64,000 bases of DNA from a bacterium. Lineage in GTDB: Bacteria > UBA8248. A program made the position numbers and the translations under genes. The notes below the pieces were generated by a model, which had not been told where the DNA came from, did not search any database, and saw nothing but the letters and a program-made list of their open reading frames with translations. Shown here piece by piece: positions 1-10,566 of the stretch. How positions within the stretch are numbered: the stretch's first letter is position 1; each line of letters begins with the position of its first letter. The DNA lies in the NCBI GenBank assembly GCA_965203325.1, contig OZ241875.1:128001-192000 (forward strand), read 5' to 3'.

Positions 1-1323
1 GAAGCGCGAGCCATCTTCCGGGCCGGACTGAATGCCGGTCATGCAGGTGAGGCTGTTTATCGTTATATGAAAATCGAAAAGGAACGAGGTCAGGAGTTTC
101 TCGTTTGTGGCAAACAAAGAATATCTCTCAGTGAAACGGAGAGAATCCTGGTTTTAGGCGCGGGAAAAGCGAGTTCTCAGATGGCACGGGCAGTTGAGCG
201 ACGTCTCGGAAATCGCATTGATGGAGGCGCGGTCGTCACCCAATATGGCTATGCGGAAAGATGCAAGCATATCGAGATTCTCGAAGCAGCCCACCCGGTT
301 CCCGATATCTCAGGACTAGAAGCTTCCCGGAAAATAGAAAAATTGGCTGTGAGCGCCCGAAAAAAGGATTTAGTAATATTCCTGCTCTCCGGCGGAGGCT
401 CGGCTCTGATGCCCGCGCCCGCACCCGGAATTTCTCTCGAGGATAAACAATCCGCCACGAATTCGCTCTTGCGAGCAGGCGCCCCAATTGAAGCTCTCAA
501 TTGTGTGCGAAAGCACTTATCCGACCTCAAAGGCGGGAATCTGGCCCGGAAGGTTTTCCCTGCTCGCATGAGCGTTCTTCTGATCTCTGACGTGATCGGC
601 GACCCCCTCGATGTGATTGCCTCAGGTCCTGCCATCGGGGATTCGACGACATTCTCTGAGGCAAAGGCGCATTTGGAGCGCTACGGAGTATTCCAGGAAA
701 TGCCGAAAGCAATCAAAGAAAGGTTTGAAGCCGGTTGCAGGGATGAGATTCCGGATACTCCTGCTCCTGAAGACAAGATATTCAGGCGCGTAAGCCATCA
801 TGTTGTGGCAAACAACAAGATCGCCCTTCGAGCCGCGTATGAGAAAGCAAAATCCATGGGCTACAATGTTAAGGTACAAACCCATTCCCTCAGCGGCGAA
901 GCCAGTGAAGCAGGCAAATTCATCGCGAAAGACGCCAAGAGGATTTCAGGAAATCCCCCCCCAAAAAACACTCCTCAATGCCTTCTTTATGGTGGCGAAA
1001 CAACAGTAAGAGTGTTGGGAAATGGTGTTGGCGGCAGGTGCCAGGAACTCGCTCTGTCTTTCGCCATTGAAATTGGCGGCCACGAGAACATCTGTCTTCT
1101 CGCTGCGGGCACCGACGGTAGAGACGGCCCCACCGAAGCCGCAGGAGGGATTATCGATGGAAGAACAGTAAAAACGGCGCAAAATCAAGGGCTTGACCCG
1201 GATGCCCATTTGCGCGATAATAATAGCCATGATTTTCTCCGTAGGCTTCGTTCTTGTATATACACTGGGCCGAGCGGAACCAACGTAATGGATTTAGTGA
1301 TTTTGCTGGTGAATTGTCGTTAG
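1..1323 (+). CDS. Glycerate kinase / hydroxypyruvate reductase (TtuD/GckA, MOFRL family), 5'-partial
   Basis: Frame open from base 1 (EARAIFRAGL...); motifs GAGKA, LLSGGGSAL, RKHLSDLKGG, SDVIGD, GGETTV, GTDGRDG, TGPSGTNVMD. Confidence 0.9.
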   Translation, partial: EARAIFRAGLNAGHAGEAVYRYMKIEKERGQEFLVCGKQRISLSETERILVLGAGKASSQMARAVERRLGNRIDGGAVVTQYGYAERCKHIEILEAAHPVPDISGLEASRKIEKLAVSARKKDLVIFLLSGGGSALMPAPAPGISLEDKQSATNSLLRAGAPIEALNCVRKHLSDLKGGNLARKVFPARMSVLLISDVIGDPLDVIASGPAIGDSTTFSEAKAHLERYGVFQEMPKAIKERFEAGCRDEIPDTPAPEDKIFRRVSHHVVANNKIALRAAYEKAKSMGYNVKVQTHSLSGEASEAGKFIAKDAKRISGNPPPKNTPQCLLYGGETTVRVLGNGVGGRCQELALSFAIEIGGHENICLLAAGTDGRDGPTEAAGGIIDGRTVKTAQNQGLDPDAHLRDNNSHDFLRRLRSCIYTGPSGTNVMDLVILLVNCR

Positions 1324-1394
1324 CACTTAAATCTCAGCGCTTATCCGTGATCTCGCGGTTCGCCCAATCGTTGAGAATTCCATAGGACATACTC

Positions 1395-2165
1395 ATGAAG
1401 TATTTCCCTCCGGCCATTTTCGCCGTCGTGGCGATCTTTGCGGCCACCCTGCTACTTGGTTCTGCGTCCGCCCGGGCCGAAAAAATAGTCGTGACGGACT
1501 TCGCCTTAAATCCTGCCCAGAAAAATTCCAAACAATTACCAAAGGGATGGGCGCTCAAGGTATGGCATGGAAAGGCTGATGTTCAACTCATCCGGGATGA
1601 AAGCAGGCATGCGAAAGTGCTTCGGATGAGAAGCGAAAAAGCGTCCGTTTCTATTTACCGGGAAGTGAAAATCGACCCCAGAAAATTTCCGGTGCTTACA
1701 TGGAAATGGAAAGTGACGAAACTTCCAAAAGGCGCAGATGCGAGAAATGTCGGGTCCGACGATCAAGCAGCCGGCGTTTACGTCAGCTTTCCCCGGTTCC
1801 TCAGTTTCATCAACAGCCGGTTCATCGGCTACGTTTGGGAGACAAGCGTGCCTGAGGGCACGATTTTGAGAAGCCGCAAAAATCCGATGGTCCATTACAT
1901 CGTCGTCAGAAGCGGCGTTGACAATCTCGAAAAATGGATTACGGAAAAACGCAATGTAGTGGATGATTATCGAAAGGTATTCGGTTCCGAAGCGCCAAGA
2001 GTCGGTGGCGTTGCTTTGATGATCGATACGGACGATACGCTTTCCAATGCAGAGAGCTATTTCGCAAGCGTCGAATTCAAAGGCGATGCATCCAGGGTGT
2101 CTGTTGCCGAAGACTATGCTCATTTCGCTAAAGCAGCCGACTCCATCGCTTGGACATATGAATGA
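1395..2165 (+). CDS. DUF3047 domain-containing exported protein
   Basis: Signal peptide; WKWKV, DDQAAGVYV, YVW, WITEKRNVVDDY, MIDTDDT motifs typical of DUF3047. Confidence 0.8.
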   Translation: MKYFPPAIFAVVAIFAATLLLGSASARAEKIVVTDFALNPAQKNSKQLPKGWALKVWHGKADVQLIRDESRHAKVLRMRSEKASVSIYREVKIDPRKFPVLTWKWKVTKLPKGADARNVGSDDQAAGVYVSFPRFLSFINSRFIGYVWETSVPEGTILRSRKNPMVHYIVVRSGVDNLEKWITEKRNVVDDYRKVFGSEAPRVGGVALMIDTDDTLSNAESYFASVEFKGDASRVSVAEDYAHFAKAADSIAWTYE

Positions 2166-2257
2166 TGAAGAGCGGATTCGGTTTCATTCCGCTTGCAGAG
2201 CACTCTTGCTCAGCAAATAAACAAGGGAACGACTCGACCATACCGAGGTTTTGACAA

Positions 2258-3193
2258 TTGCCCGGAAGCGAAGCCTATGTTGGTTTTGATCTCGGGGGCT
2301 CTTCCCTCAAGGCATCGTCTTTCAGCCTGGATGGAGAATTACAAGAGCGTTGCTCGATTGATACGCAAAAGTGTCTAAGGGTGGAAGACTACCTCAACTT
2401 GTTCAATGAAGCTGCGAATTCACTCTCTTCAACAAAATGCCTCAAGGGGATCGGGGTCGCCGTCGCAGGCGTTCTGGATATGGATGCCGGTAAAGTCGTC
2501 GACTCTCCCAACCTGCCCATTCTTTGTGGAGTTCCCCTCTTGGGGATGTTGGAAGATTCTTTCTCCCCTATTCCGATTCATATGATGAACGATGCGAATG
2601 CCGCTGCATTCGGGGAATATTTCGCCGGCGTGGGCGAGGGATATGAGAGCATGTTCATCCTCACGCTGGGCACGGGCATCGGTGGAGGTTTTGTTCAGAA
2701 TGGAGAGATTTGGCGGGGCGCATCTGGAATGGCGGGAGAAATTGGCCACATTGTGATCGAAAAAAACGGCAAGCCTTGTACCTGTGGTTCTAGCGGGTGC
2801 CTGGAAGCGTACTTTTCGAGTTGGGCCCTTGTAAGAGACGCCAAGGCACACGGAATACGACATCCGGATTCCGCTATCGGAAAAGTTGAAAAAATATCAC
2901 CGATTTCCTTGGCGGAGCTCGCTGTTTCTGGAGACCATGCTGCAAGAGCAATATGGGAAAATGGCGGTCATGCGCTTGGCGTTGGAATCGCCAACATCAT
3001 GAATTTACTGAATCCAGCGAGCATCGTTCTCGTGGGAGGTCTGATGAATGCCAAGGAACATTTCCTGCCGAGTGCTCAGAGGGCTTGGGAGGCGAATTCT
3101 TTCGAGCAAGCGAGTAGTTCATCAAAAGTTTTTATTGGCAAATTAGGTGAATGGGCAGGTGTTCGGGGCGCCATTCAACCTTTTTTGCAATGA
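2258..3193 (+). CDS. ROK family sugar kinase (glucokinase-like)
   Basis: DLGGS, NDANAAA, LGTGIGGG, GEIGH, CTCGSSGCLE motifs; TTG start. Confidence 0.9.
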   Translation: MPGSEAYVGFDLGGSSLKASSFSLDGELQERCSIDTQKCLRVEDYLNLFNEAANSLSSTKCLKGIGVAVAGVLDMDAGKVVDSPNLPILCGVPLLGMLEDSFSPIPIHMMNDANAAAFGEYFAGVGEGYESMFILTLGTGIGGGFVQNGEIWRGASGMAGEIGHIVIEKNGKPCTCGSSGCLEAYFSSWALVRDAKAHGIRHPDSAIGKVEKISPISLAELAVSGDHAARAIWENGGHALGVGIANIMNLLNPASIVLVGGLMNAKEHFLPSAQRAWEANSFEQASSSSKVFIGKLGEWAGVRGAIQPFLQ

Positions 3194-3320
3194 GCACGAT
3201 ACTATTGTTCAACACATAGTTTCCCTCCATCGTCATTTGCCCTCTGATTATCCAGCCTTGGTATGTTCCGACAAAATTTCTCATTTTCCCTCTTGACAAA
3301 CAGAAAAGTATAGGCAACAT

Positions 3321-3338
3321 TGTTAAATGAATTTAACA
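3321..3338. promoter_or_regulatory. Palindromic candidate operator TGTTAAAT-GA-ATTTAACA upstream of the DtxR-family gene
   Basis: Perfect 8-bp arms, downstream of a TTGACA -35 hexamer at 3293-3298. Confidence 0.55.
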
Positions 3339-3393
3339 CTATCTGCTTTTACTTAACAGTTGTGTCTATTTCATTTCAGAAGGGGTTTACACT

Positions 3394-3948
3394 ATGACTC
3401 CACAGCCACACCACTCGCGCGGTTCCCTTTCGCCCAGCCTGGAACATTATCTTCGCGCCATATTCGATCTTCAGGAGAGCAAAGGTTACGCGCGCGTGAC
3501 AGATATCGCCTCTATGTTGGGTGTGGCGAAACCGGCGGTCTCAGCCGCGGTTAAGACACTCCGCTCTAATGGGCTCGTATCCCATCGTGTCTACGAGAGC
3601 ATTCTCTTGACAGAAGAAGGCGCAAAACGAGCCAAGGGCGTGTCGGGCAAATTCTCTATCTTGATGCACTTCCTGACAGACGTTTTGGGAGTAGAAGAAG
3701 AGCAATCCTTTGTAGACGCCTGCGTTATGGAGCATTACGTGAGCGGCAACTCCATCGATCGGTTTCTTGACCTGTTGCGCTTTTTCGAGGAACCGGGCAA
3801 TCAGGAAATCCTGGAGAAATTCCATCAGTTTCGTCGCTCATGCGAGAGCGTCGATACTTGCCCGACATGTTCTTACCATTGCGATATCAGTGTCATCGAC
3901 TTCGACGATATGTCTAAAAAAATAAAACAATCGAAACGACGAATTTGA
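3394..3948 (+). CDS. DtxR/MntR family metal-dependent transcriptional regulator with Cys-rich C-terminal tail
   Basis: SLEHYLRAI, ARVTDIA...VAKPAVS HTH, DACVMEH metal motif; tail CESVDTCPTCSYHC. Confidence 0.88.
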   Translation: MTPQPHHSRGSLSPSLEHYLRAIFDLQESKGYARVTDIASMLGVAKPAVSAAVKTLRSNGLVSHRVYESILLTEEGAKRAKGVSGKFSILMHFLTDVLGVEEEQSFVDACVMEHYVSGNSIDRFLDLLRFFEEPGNQEILEKFHQFRRSCESVDTCPTCSYHCDISVIDFDDMSKKIKQSKRRI

Positions 3949-4030
3949 TTCATTTACAAGTTTTGTCCCTGGCTTATTCTGAAGCCAACTTCAAATAACA
4001 CGGCCAAATGGTCGACATTCTGAACAGGAG

Positions 4031-5110
4031 ATGAAATTTATGTTTGCTGCACTCAATGGAGCAAAATGCACCAAACGATTCCTTGGAATTTCCATGTTTT
4101 TCATTCTGGCCATGTTTACCATGGACAAGACCACGGCCAGCGCCGAAGAGGTTGTAAATCTCTATTCTTACCGGCAGCCTTTTCTCATTAAGCCGATCTT
4201 GAAGGCGTTCACTGAAAAAACAGGCATCAAGACCAATATCGTTTTTGCCAAAAAAGGCATGCTGGAGAAAATCAAGGCGACCCCAGGGGCGGCAGATGCG
4301 GTATTGACCGTGGATATTGGCCGCCTCCATGACATGGATGAAGCCGGATTGTTGCAGCCGGTAAAGTCGAAGGTATTAGAGCAGAATATCCCTTCATCCT
4401 ATCGCCATCCCGAGGGGCACTGGTTTGGCCTTACGACTCGCGGGCGCGTCATATACGCCAGCAAAAAGCGCGTAAAACCGGGTGCGATTACCCGCTATGA
4501 GGATTTGGCCGACCCGAAATGGAAGGGCAAAATTTGTACGCGTTCCGGAAAACACGTTTACAACGTATCTCTGTTCGCTTCCATAGTGGCGCATTCAGGC
4601 GAAGCGAAAGCCAAGAAATGGTTGATGGGTCTCAAGTCCAACCTCGCCCGCAAGCCAAGCGGCAACGACCGTGCGCAAGCGAAAGCCATTCACGCAGGAG
4701 AATGCGATCTCGCTTTGGCCAATACCTATTACATGGCGAAAATGGCAACCAACAAGAAAAAGAAAGTTCAAAGAGAATGGGCGAAAGCGGTATACATCGT
4801 TTTCCCGAATCAAAAGGACAGGGGCACGCACGTCAACATCAGCGGCGCCGCCGTTACCAAGCATGCGAAAAACCGGAAGAACGCGGTTCGCCTCATCGAG
4901 TTCTTGAGTGGGGAATATGCTCAAAAATTGTACGCTGACCAGAATTATGAATACCCGTTAAAAAAAGGCGTGAAGATACATCCACTCGTCGATTCGTGGG
5001 GTAAATTCAAGGCCGATACCATCAATCTGGCCGAGGTGGCGAATAAGCGGGCGACCGCCTCCAAGCTGGTGGACCAAGTGGATTACAACAACTTCAGTCC
5101 CAGTAATTAG
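4031..5110 (+). CDS. fbpA: Fe(III) ABC transporter substrate-binding protein (FutA/FbpA)
   Basis: Signal peptide; VNLYSYR, TVDIGRL, YEDLADPKWKGKICTRSG, YN and ANTYY iron-ligand tyrosines, HVNISG. Confidence 0.9.
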   Translation: MKFMFAALNGAKCTKRFLGISMFFILAMFTMDKTTASAEEVVNLYSYRQPFLIKPILKAFTEKTGIKTNIVFAKKGMLEKIKATPGAADAVLTVDIGRLHDMDEAGLLQPVKSKVLEQNIPSSYRHPEGHWFGLTTRGRVIYASKKRVKPGAITRYEDLADPKWKGKICTRSGKHVYNVSLFASIVAHSGEAKAKKWLMGLKSNLARKPSGNDRAQAKAIHAGECDLALANTYYMAKMATNKKKKVQREWAKAVYIVFPNQKDRGTHVNISGAAVTKHAKNRKNAVRLIEFLSGEYAQKLYADQNYEYPLKKGVKIHPLVDSWGKFKADTINLAEVANKRATASKLVDQVDYNNFSPSN

Positions 5111-5120
5111 CCGCTAGTAT

Positions 5121-5177
5121 CAAGGCCCCAAAAGCCTTAATATCCTCCTTGCGGATACAGGGGCTTTTGGGGCCTTG
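5121..5177. terminator. Long intercistronic stem-loop after the binding-protein gene (attenuator or mRNA stabiliser)
   Basis: Perfect 16-bp arms caaggccccaaaagcc (5121-5136) and ggcttttggggccttg (5162-5177). Confidence 0.65.
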
Positions 5178-5238
5178 GTTTATCCAAGAAGACTCCGAGA
5201 GGTAATTTATCTAAAGAATATCTCGTAGCAGGGATGGC

Positions 5239-6933
5239 ATGAGTGCAGGTGCTGGATTGAACATAGAAGCCTTCCCTAGGCGTTTGGCAAAAAGGTTTCA
5301 ACTAGATTTCTGGACGAGTGGAACTCTTCTGCTCGCTTTTTTCATAGCGGTTCCCCTACTGGCAGTTAGTATATTCGCCCTTCAACCTAGCGGTGACATC
5401 TGGCACCACCTGCTCACAACCGTATTGTCGCGCTATGTAATGACCACAATCGGTCTGATGCTGGGAGTAGGCATAGGTACGCTTCTCATCGGTACCGCCA
5501 CCGCGTGGCTGGTTACTCTATGTCGATTCCCAGGACGACGAATTTTTGAATGGGCGCTGCTCTTACCCTTGGCGATGCCTACATATGTCGTGGCCTATGT
5601 GTATACCGACGTTTTTGAATTTGCGGGTCCGGTGCAGACTCTGTTGCGTAACGTCTTTGGATGGGAATCAAGTCGAGAGTACTGGTTTCCGGAGATACGT
5701 TCTCTTGGCGGCGCAATTTTCGTAATGACAATTACACTTTATCCGTATGTTTACCTGCTCGCGCGCGTGGCTTTTGTTCAACAATCGGTTTGCATATTGG
5801 AGGTAAGCAGGACTTTGGGCAAAACCGCGTGGCAGAGTTTTACTTCCATTGCCCTGCCCTCGGCACGTCCATCGCTGATCATCGGTGTGAGTCTGGTTCT
5901 AATGGAAGCGCTGAATGATTTTGGAACGGTTGATTTCTTTGCCGTGGAAACGCTCACAGCTGGAATTTTCGACGTGTGGCTCAACATGAACAATCTGTCA
6001 GGTGCCGCTCAACTTGCCGTTGTCGCCCTGTGTTTTGTCTTACTTCTATTGTGGGCGGAGAGAAAATCACGCGCCAATCAAAGGTATTTTAATACTTCCA
6101 CGAAATATCAAGCCCTCCCAAGTTACCAGTTACGAGGGGTAAAGATGTTGGGCGCTGTGAGCTCATGTCTGTTGCCAATCGGATTCGGCTTCATTCTGCC
6201 GGCATCTATTTTGGGCTATTACGCCTGGAACTATTATGAGGAAAGCGTTTCACGTGATTTCTACTCCATTCTTTCAAATAGCCTGGTTTTATCAATATTC
6301 AGCGCGTTCTTATCTGTATCGGCAGGTATTTTTCTGGCGTATGGCGTCCGGCTCCAGGAAAACCCGTTACTCAGATCTGCTGCCAGGTTCGCCAGTGTTG
6401 GATATGCTGTACCCGGTGCAGTTCTTGCCGTCGGCGTCCTGATTCCCATGGGCAAAATAGATGTACTCATCCAAGGGTTTTTCGACAACATTTTTGGCAT
6501 CTCCACAGGTCTGTTCTTCAGCGGCACAATCGCGGCCGTCACCTATGGATATCTGACTCGTTTCCTGGCGCTTTCCTATGGCACCATGGAAGCCAGCCTA
6601 CTGAGAATTACGCCAAACATGGATGGCGCTGCTCGAACACTGGGTCTGGGGCCTGGCAGAACCCTCAAGCACATTCATTTGCCTATGATTCGTGGCGGTA
6701 TCCTGGCGGCAGCGATACTGGTGTTTGTAGATACAATGAAAGAACTCCCCATGACAATCATATTGCGTCCGTTTAACTTTGAAACGCTGGCCACACAGGT
6801 TCACCAACTGGCTATGGATGAACTTTTAGAAGAAAGTGCACTTGGCTCTTTGAGCATCGTTGCGGCAGGTTTGTTGCCAGTCATTTATTTGAGCCGCACC
6901 ATCCGAGGGGTGCGCCCCGGAGCAGGAAAATGA
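5239..6933 (+). CDS. fbpB: Fe(III) ABC transporter permease (FbpB/FutB)
   Basis: Two permease halves with EAA-like motifs; LPLAMPTYVVAY, YPYVYL, MKELPMT..LRPFNFETLA. Confidence 0.9.
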   Translation: MSAGAGLNIEAFPRRLAKRFQLDFWTSGTLLLAFFIAVPLLAVSIFALQPSGDIWHHLLTTVLSRYVMTTIGLMLGVGIGTLLIGTATAWLVTLCRFPGRRIFEWALLLPLAMPTYVVAYVYTDVFEFAGPVQTLLRNVFGWESSREYWFPEIRSLGGAIFVMTITLYPYVYLLARVAFVQQSVCILEVSRTLGKTAWQSFTSIALPSARPSLIIGVSLVLMEALNDFGTVDFFAVETLTAGIFDVWLNMNNLSGAAQLAVVALCFVLLLLWAERKSRANQRYFNTSTKYQALPSYQLRGVKMLGAVSSCLLPIGFGFILPASILGYYAWNYYEESVSRDFYSILSNSLVLSIFSAFLSVSAGIFLAYGVRLQENPLLRSAARFASVGYAVPGAVLAVGVLIPMGKIDVLIQGFFDNIFGISTGLFFSGTIAAVTYGYLTRFLALSYGTMEASLLRITPNMDGAARTLGLGPGRTLKHIHLPMIRGGILAAAILVFVDTMKELPMTIILRPFNFETLATQVHQLAMDELLEESALGSLSIVAAGLLPVIYLSRTIRGVRPGAGK

Positions 6934-6947
6934 GGACCACCTTCTAA

Positions 6948-8021
6948 ATGGCCAAGCTCGATATTGAAAATATCTCTCATGCATATGGAATCAAAGAAGT
7001 CATCGAGAATTTGTCTTTGACTGTCGAAGAGGGTCAAGTTGCATGTCTGTTGGGTCCTTCCGGATGCGGCAAGACGACACTGTTGCGTTTGGTGGCAGGA
7101 CTGACTTCGCTGCAAGCTGGAAGAATTCGCCTAGGCGAAATTGTGATATCGGAACCTGCAAGACGAATCGAGATACCGCCGGAAAAGAGAAATGTGGGGT
7201 TCATGTTCCAGGATTATGCCCTTTTCCCTCACCTGGATGTTTTGCAGAACATTACTTTCGGGCTCAATAATCCTTCACCGGAAAAACTGGCTGAAATACA
7301 AAGAGCCATGATCCAGATGGACATCGTAGACTTGACAGATGCTTATCCCCATACCCTGTCAGGCGGCCAGCAGCAGCGCGTTGCTCTACTTCGGGCATTG
7401 GCGCCTCTCCCCCGGCTTTTACTTTTGGATGAACCATTTACCGGACTTGACATCAATCTACGAGTCCAAGTGCGCGAGGATACCCTGAGGTTGATTAAGC
7501 AAATGGGCGTCACCACGTTGATGGTCACGCACGACCCGCAGGAAGCGATGTATATGGCCGACCATATCTTGATCATGCGAGATGGAAAAGTGGAACAAGG
7601 CGGCTCGCCACGTGAAATTTACCAATTTCCCGCTACGGAATTCGCAGCTCGTTTTGTCGGGCAGACAAATATTTTGCACGGCATCGTTTTATCGGCCGGT
7701 TATGATGAGGTGATGACGAGCATTGGACCTGTGCCGTGCCTCTCCATGCGAGACCTTGGATTCGGCACGGATGCCTTTATCTCCATCAGGCCCGAGAGTT
7801 TTGAAATCAACCCGGACGGCCCCTTTGGGGCGAAGGTTTGCGCAATTCGCTATGTGGGACAATCTATCCTTTTGGAAGTCGAAATAATCGATGAAATAGG
7901 CAAAGGACACCGGCTAAAAATGCGCGTGCATCCCAATTTGAGGATAGACGTCGGAGAAGAGATAAGATTTCGTATTATGCCTGATTTCGTAACGGTGATT
8001 GAAGATCCGCTCGATGATTAG
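6948..8021 (+). CDS. fbpC: Fe(III) ABC transporter ATP-binding protein (FbpC/FutC)
   Basis: Walker A GPSGCGKT, LSGGQQQR, LLLDEPF, VTHD; C-terminal TOBE-like region. Confidence 0.88.
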   Translation: MAKLDIENISHAYGIKEVIENLSLTVEEGQVACLLGPSGCGKTTLLRLVAGLTSLQAGRIRLGEIVISEPARRIEIPPEKRNVGFMFQDYALFPHLDVLQNITFGLNNPSPEKLAEIQRAMIQMDIVDLTDAYPHTLSGGQQQRVALLRALAPLPRLLLLDEPFTGLDINLRVQVREDTLRLIKQMGVTTLMVTHDPQEAMYMADHILIMRDGKVEQGGSPREIYQFPATEFAARFVGQTNILHGIVLSAGYDEVMTSIGPVPCLSMRDLGFGTDAFISIRPESFEINPDGPFGAKVCAIRYVGQSILLEVEIIDEIGKGHRLKMRVHPNLRIDVGEEIRFRIMPDFVTVIEDPLDD

Positions 8022-9432
8022 TCGCCTTTCTTAAGAGTTCCCCTATCGTACTCACGTTCTCGAGTTCTTCGAGAGCCATCACCATCCCCATCAAATCTCC
8101 TGCTTCTCCAGGCGACAGACTGCGTCGGGCATTGTCCTTGAATTTCGCATACACATCTTCATCCGTGAATGGGTTTTCAGCGCACCCTCTCTGATGTTTT
8201 TCCTCCTCGATAAAAGTGCTTCCATCATCAAGCCGAACTTCAACGACTCCAGGGAAGTACCTCGGAAAATCCTGTGCATCATCCTGGATGTAAGAGACTT
8301 TATCCGCCAAGGTTAGGACCCTGGAGTCTTCTATTGCGCTTTTTTCGAAATCATCTACGCCGCACTGGCTTCTCACAAAAATACTGGCCAGGCAATATGG
8401 CAAAGAGAATTTTGCGTCGTATTCACCTCTGGGTTTTCGTTTTACTTCGATCGGGTCGAGCACCAAGTCAATTGCTCCCTTGGCAGCATGACAAACAATG
8501 CTTTTGATTTTGGTGTGTGATATTTTCTCACGTTCCTTGAGGCGTAGCCCGGCATCCAAAAACGCATGAATCACATGGCCACAAGGATAGGGTTTGAAAC
8601 CAATGGCCAAGGTTTCCCAAGTTTCGCGCAAGCCCCGTGTGAGTGCTTCCACCTCGAATTCATCATCGCCGAGATGGCTCTTGAGCAAGCCGAATCTGCC
8701 CTCGAATACTGTTTGCGGACCGGCGAAATCATTATCTGCAAGAATTGTCGAACAAATACCGCCATGAGCCGCCCAACCGGGATGAAGCGCCTTGACAGGG
8801 CTCCCGTTTTCTAAATATTCAAAGAGCCCTGCAGCCATGCTTCCGCAAATGCCGAGCGCCCAGTTCATCTTTTCAGCACTCAACCCACCCTGAAGTGCAT
8901 AGGCTATAGCGGCGCCAAAAGTGCCGGCAAGGGCCGTCATATGAAAGCCGCGGGCATGAAATTTGCCGGGAGCGACTAACCCGATTCTGATTTCAGATTC
9001 GAACCCGGCCACGCAGGCTCGAATCATATCCTTTCCTGTTTTCTGGAATTCTTCCGCTCCTGCGATAGCCGCCGGCACGACAGGCGCCGCAGTGTGAATG
9101 ATCGATTTAGCGTGTGTGTCGTCAAAATCAAGGGAGTGACCCAGCGCACCGTTCAAAAAAGCAGCGTTAGGCGCGGGCATTCGATTTTTTTCTGCGATTG
9201 CGCTGCAAGGTCCAAAGTCATATGAGAGATTTTGGGAATCCGGAATTTTTCCGGTGATAGCATTCGCCATCACCCGCAAGGGTTTGTCAATTTCCGTGGA
9301 ACAAGCTGCCAGGGCAATCCCCAAAAAATCAAGGATCAATAATTTTGTCTGGTGAACTACCGAGAGAGGTATGTCAGAAAATTCCAAGGCCTGAGAAAAT
9401 TGGCACAATGTTTCACTAGGTGTTGATGACAC
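7975..9432 (-). CDS. MmgE/PrpD family protein
   Basis: NGALGHSLDFDDTH, RGFH, KALHPG, FKPYPCGH, AKFSLPY motifs. Confidence 0.9.
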   Translation of the reverse strand: MSSTPSETLCQFSQALEFSDIPLSVVHQTKLLILDFLGIALAACSTEIDKPLRVMANAITGKIPDSQNLSYDFGPCSAIAEKNRMPAPNAAFLNGALGHSLDFDDTHAKSIIHTAAPVVPAAIAGAEEFQKTGKDMIRACVAGFESEIRIGLVAPGKFHARGFHMTALAGTFGAAIAYALQGGLSAEKMNWALGICGSMAAGLFEYLENGSPVKALHPGWAAHGGICSTILADNDFAGPQTVFEGRFGLLKSHLGDDEFEVEALTRGLRETWETLAIGFKPYPCGHVIHAFLDAGLRLKEREKISHTKIKSIVCHAAKGAIDLVLDPIEVKRKPRGEYDAKFSLPYCLASIFVRSQCGVDDFEKSAIEDSRVLTLADKVSYIQDDAQDFPRYFPGVVEVRLDDGSTFIEEEKHQRGCAENPFTDEDVYAKFKDNARRSLSPGEAGDLMGMVMALEELENVSTIGELLRKATNHRADLQSPLRNQA

Positions 9433-10450
9433 GTGATTTCACTCCTTGCTGAACTTTCGGAAAAACTTCCTCGGCCATCATCTGCATCGTTTCCAAAACG
9501 AGAGATTGAGGCATCCCCGGCCATTGAATGCTTATAATGAGGTGATTGATACCGAGAGCCGCCAGTTCCAATATGCTTTCTGCCACTTCGTCCGGCGAGC
9601 CTAGGATGAATCTGTCCTCCAATAAATCATCAAACTGCTGCCCCAGATCGTCATCTCCTTTTGGCATGGCCTTGTCTTGGCCCCAACGGTGGTATTCACG
9701 ATATTTGATCTCTAGATAGGGTTTGCTGAGCCGAATGGCTTCTGAGCGATCTTTAGCGACGAACACTTCGCGGCGCATCGGGAATTCATTTGGAAAAGGT
9801 TTGCCGAGTTCATCGAGTGTCTGGCGGTAAAGTTCTATTTGGCGTTTTGTCGTATCAAGGCGATTGTGCGGATTCACGTAATAACAATCACCCAATCTGG
9901 CTGCGCGCCTTATGCCCGCGTCGCTGTTGGCTCCAATCCAAATGGGAGGGTGTGGCTTCTGAATGGGCTTGAGAGGGCACGATGCTTCGATGAGCTCGAA
10001 GTGAGAACCTTTCATCGACACTTTTTCTTCTGACCAAAGTCGCTTGACGGCTTCGAGGTTTTCCTCAAGACGCTTTACCCTCTCCTTTTGCGTTGTGCCG
10101 AATCCCCTGAATTCCACTTCACGGTAGCCGAGCCCAGCGCCGAATATGAGCTTCCCGTTAGACATCACGTCAATGGTTGCTAACTGCTCAGCGATATCCA
10201 TCGGCTTGTGTAGAGATAGGAGTACAATACCGGCATTGAGACGCAGCTTCGGAGCTTCCGCGTTTATTCGAGCGAGAAAAGGCAATTGCTGGAAATCCTG
10301 TAGTGGATAAGCGCTATAGTGATTTCCTTTGGTGACCGACACGAACCCTAAGTCTTGAGCTCTTCTTGCTTGTTCCATCAATTCACGAAAACGAGATTGC
10401 ATATCGTCTTCCAAGGTGAATTGACCTCTAAGCATGATGCCGAATTGCAT
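9416..10450 (-). CDS. LLM class flavin-dependent oxidoreductase
   Basis: AEQLATIDVMSNGKLIFGAGLGYR, PIQKPHPPIWIGA, GSPDEV motifs. Confidence 0.88.
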   Translation of the reverse strand: MQFGIMLRGQFTLEDDMQSRFRELMEQARRAQDLGFVSVTKGNHYSAYPLQDFQQLPFLARINAEAPKLRLNAGIVLLSLHKPMDIAEQLATIDVMSNGKLIFGAGLGYREVEFRGFGTTQKERVKRLEENLEAVKRLWSEEKVSMKGSHFELIEASCPLKPIQKPHPPIWIGANSDAGIRRAARLGDCYYVNPHNRLDTTKRQIELYRQTLDELGKPFPNEFPMRREVFVAKDRSEAIRLSKPYLEIKYREYHRWGQDKAMPKGDDDLGQQFDDLLEDRFILGSPDEVAESILELAALGINHLIISIQWPGMPQSLVLETMQMMAEEVFPKVQQGVKSRVINT

Positions 10451-10566
10451 TTTTATACCTCTTAGATAAAGAGAAAAGTATCATTTCGAATTGGGTCGCC
10501 AGATACGCACAGACACAAGCATGGGTATATTGTTGCAGGATGTCATTCCAAAGATGTTCGGTGTTA

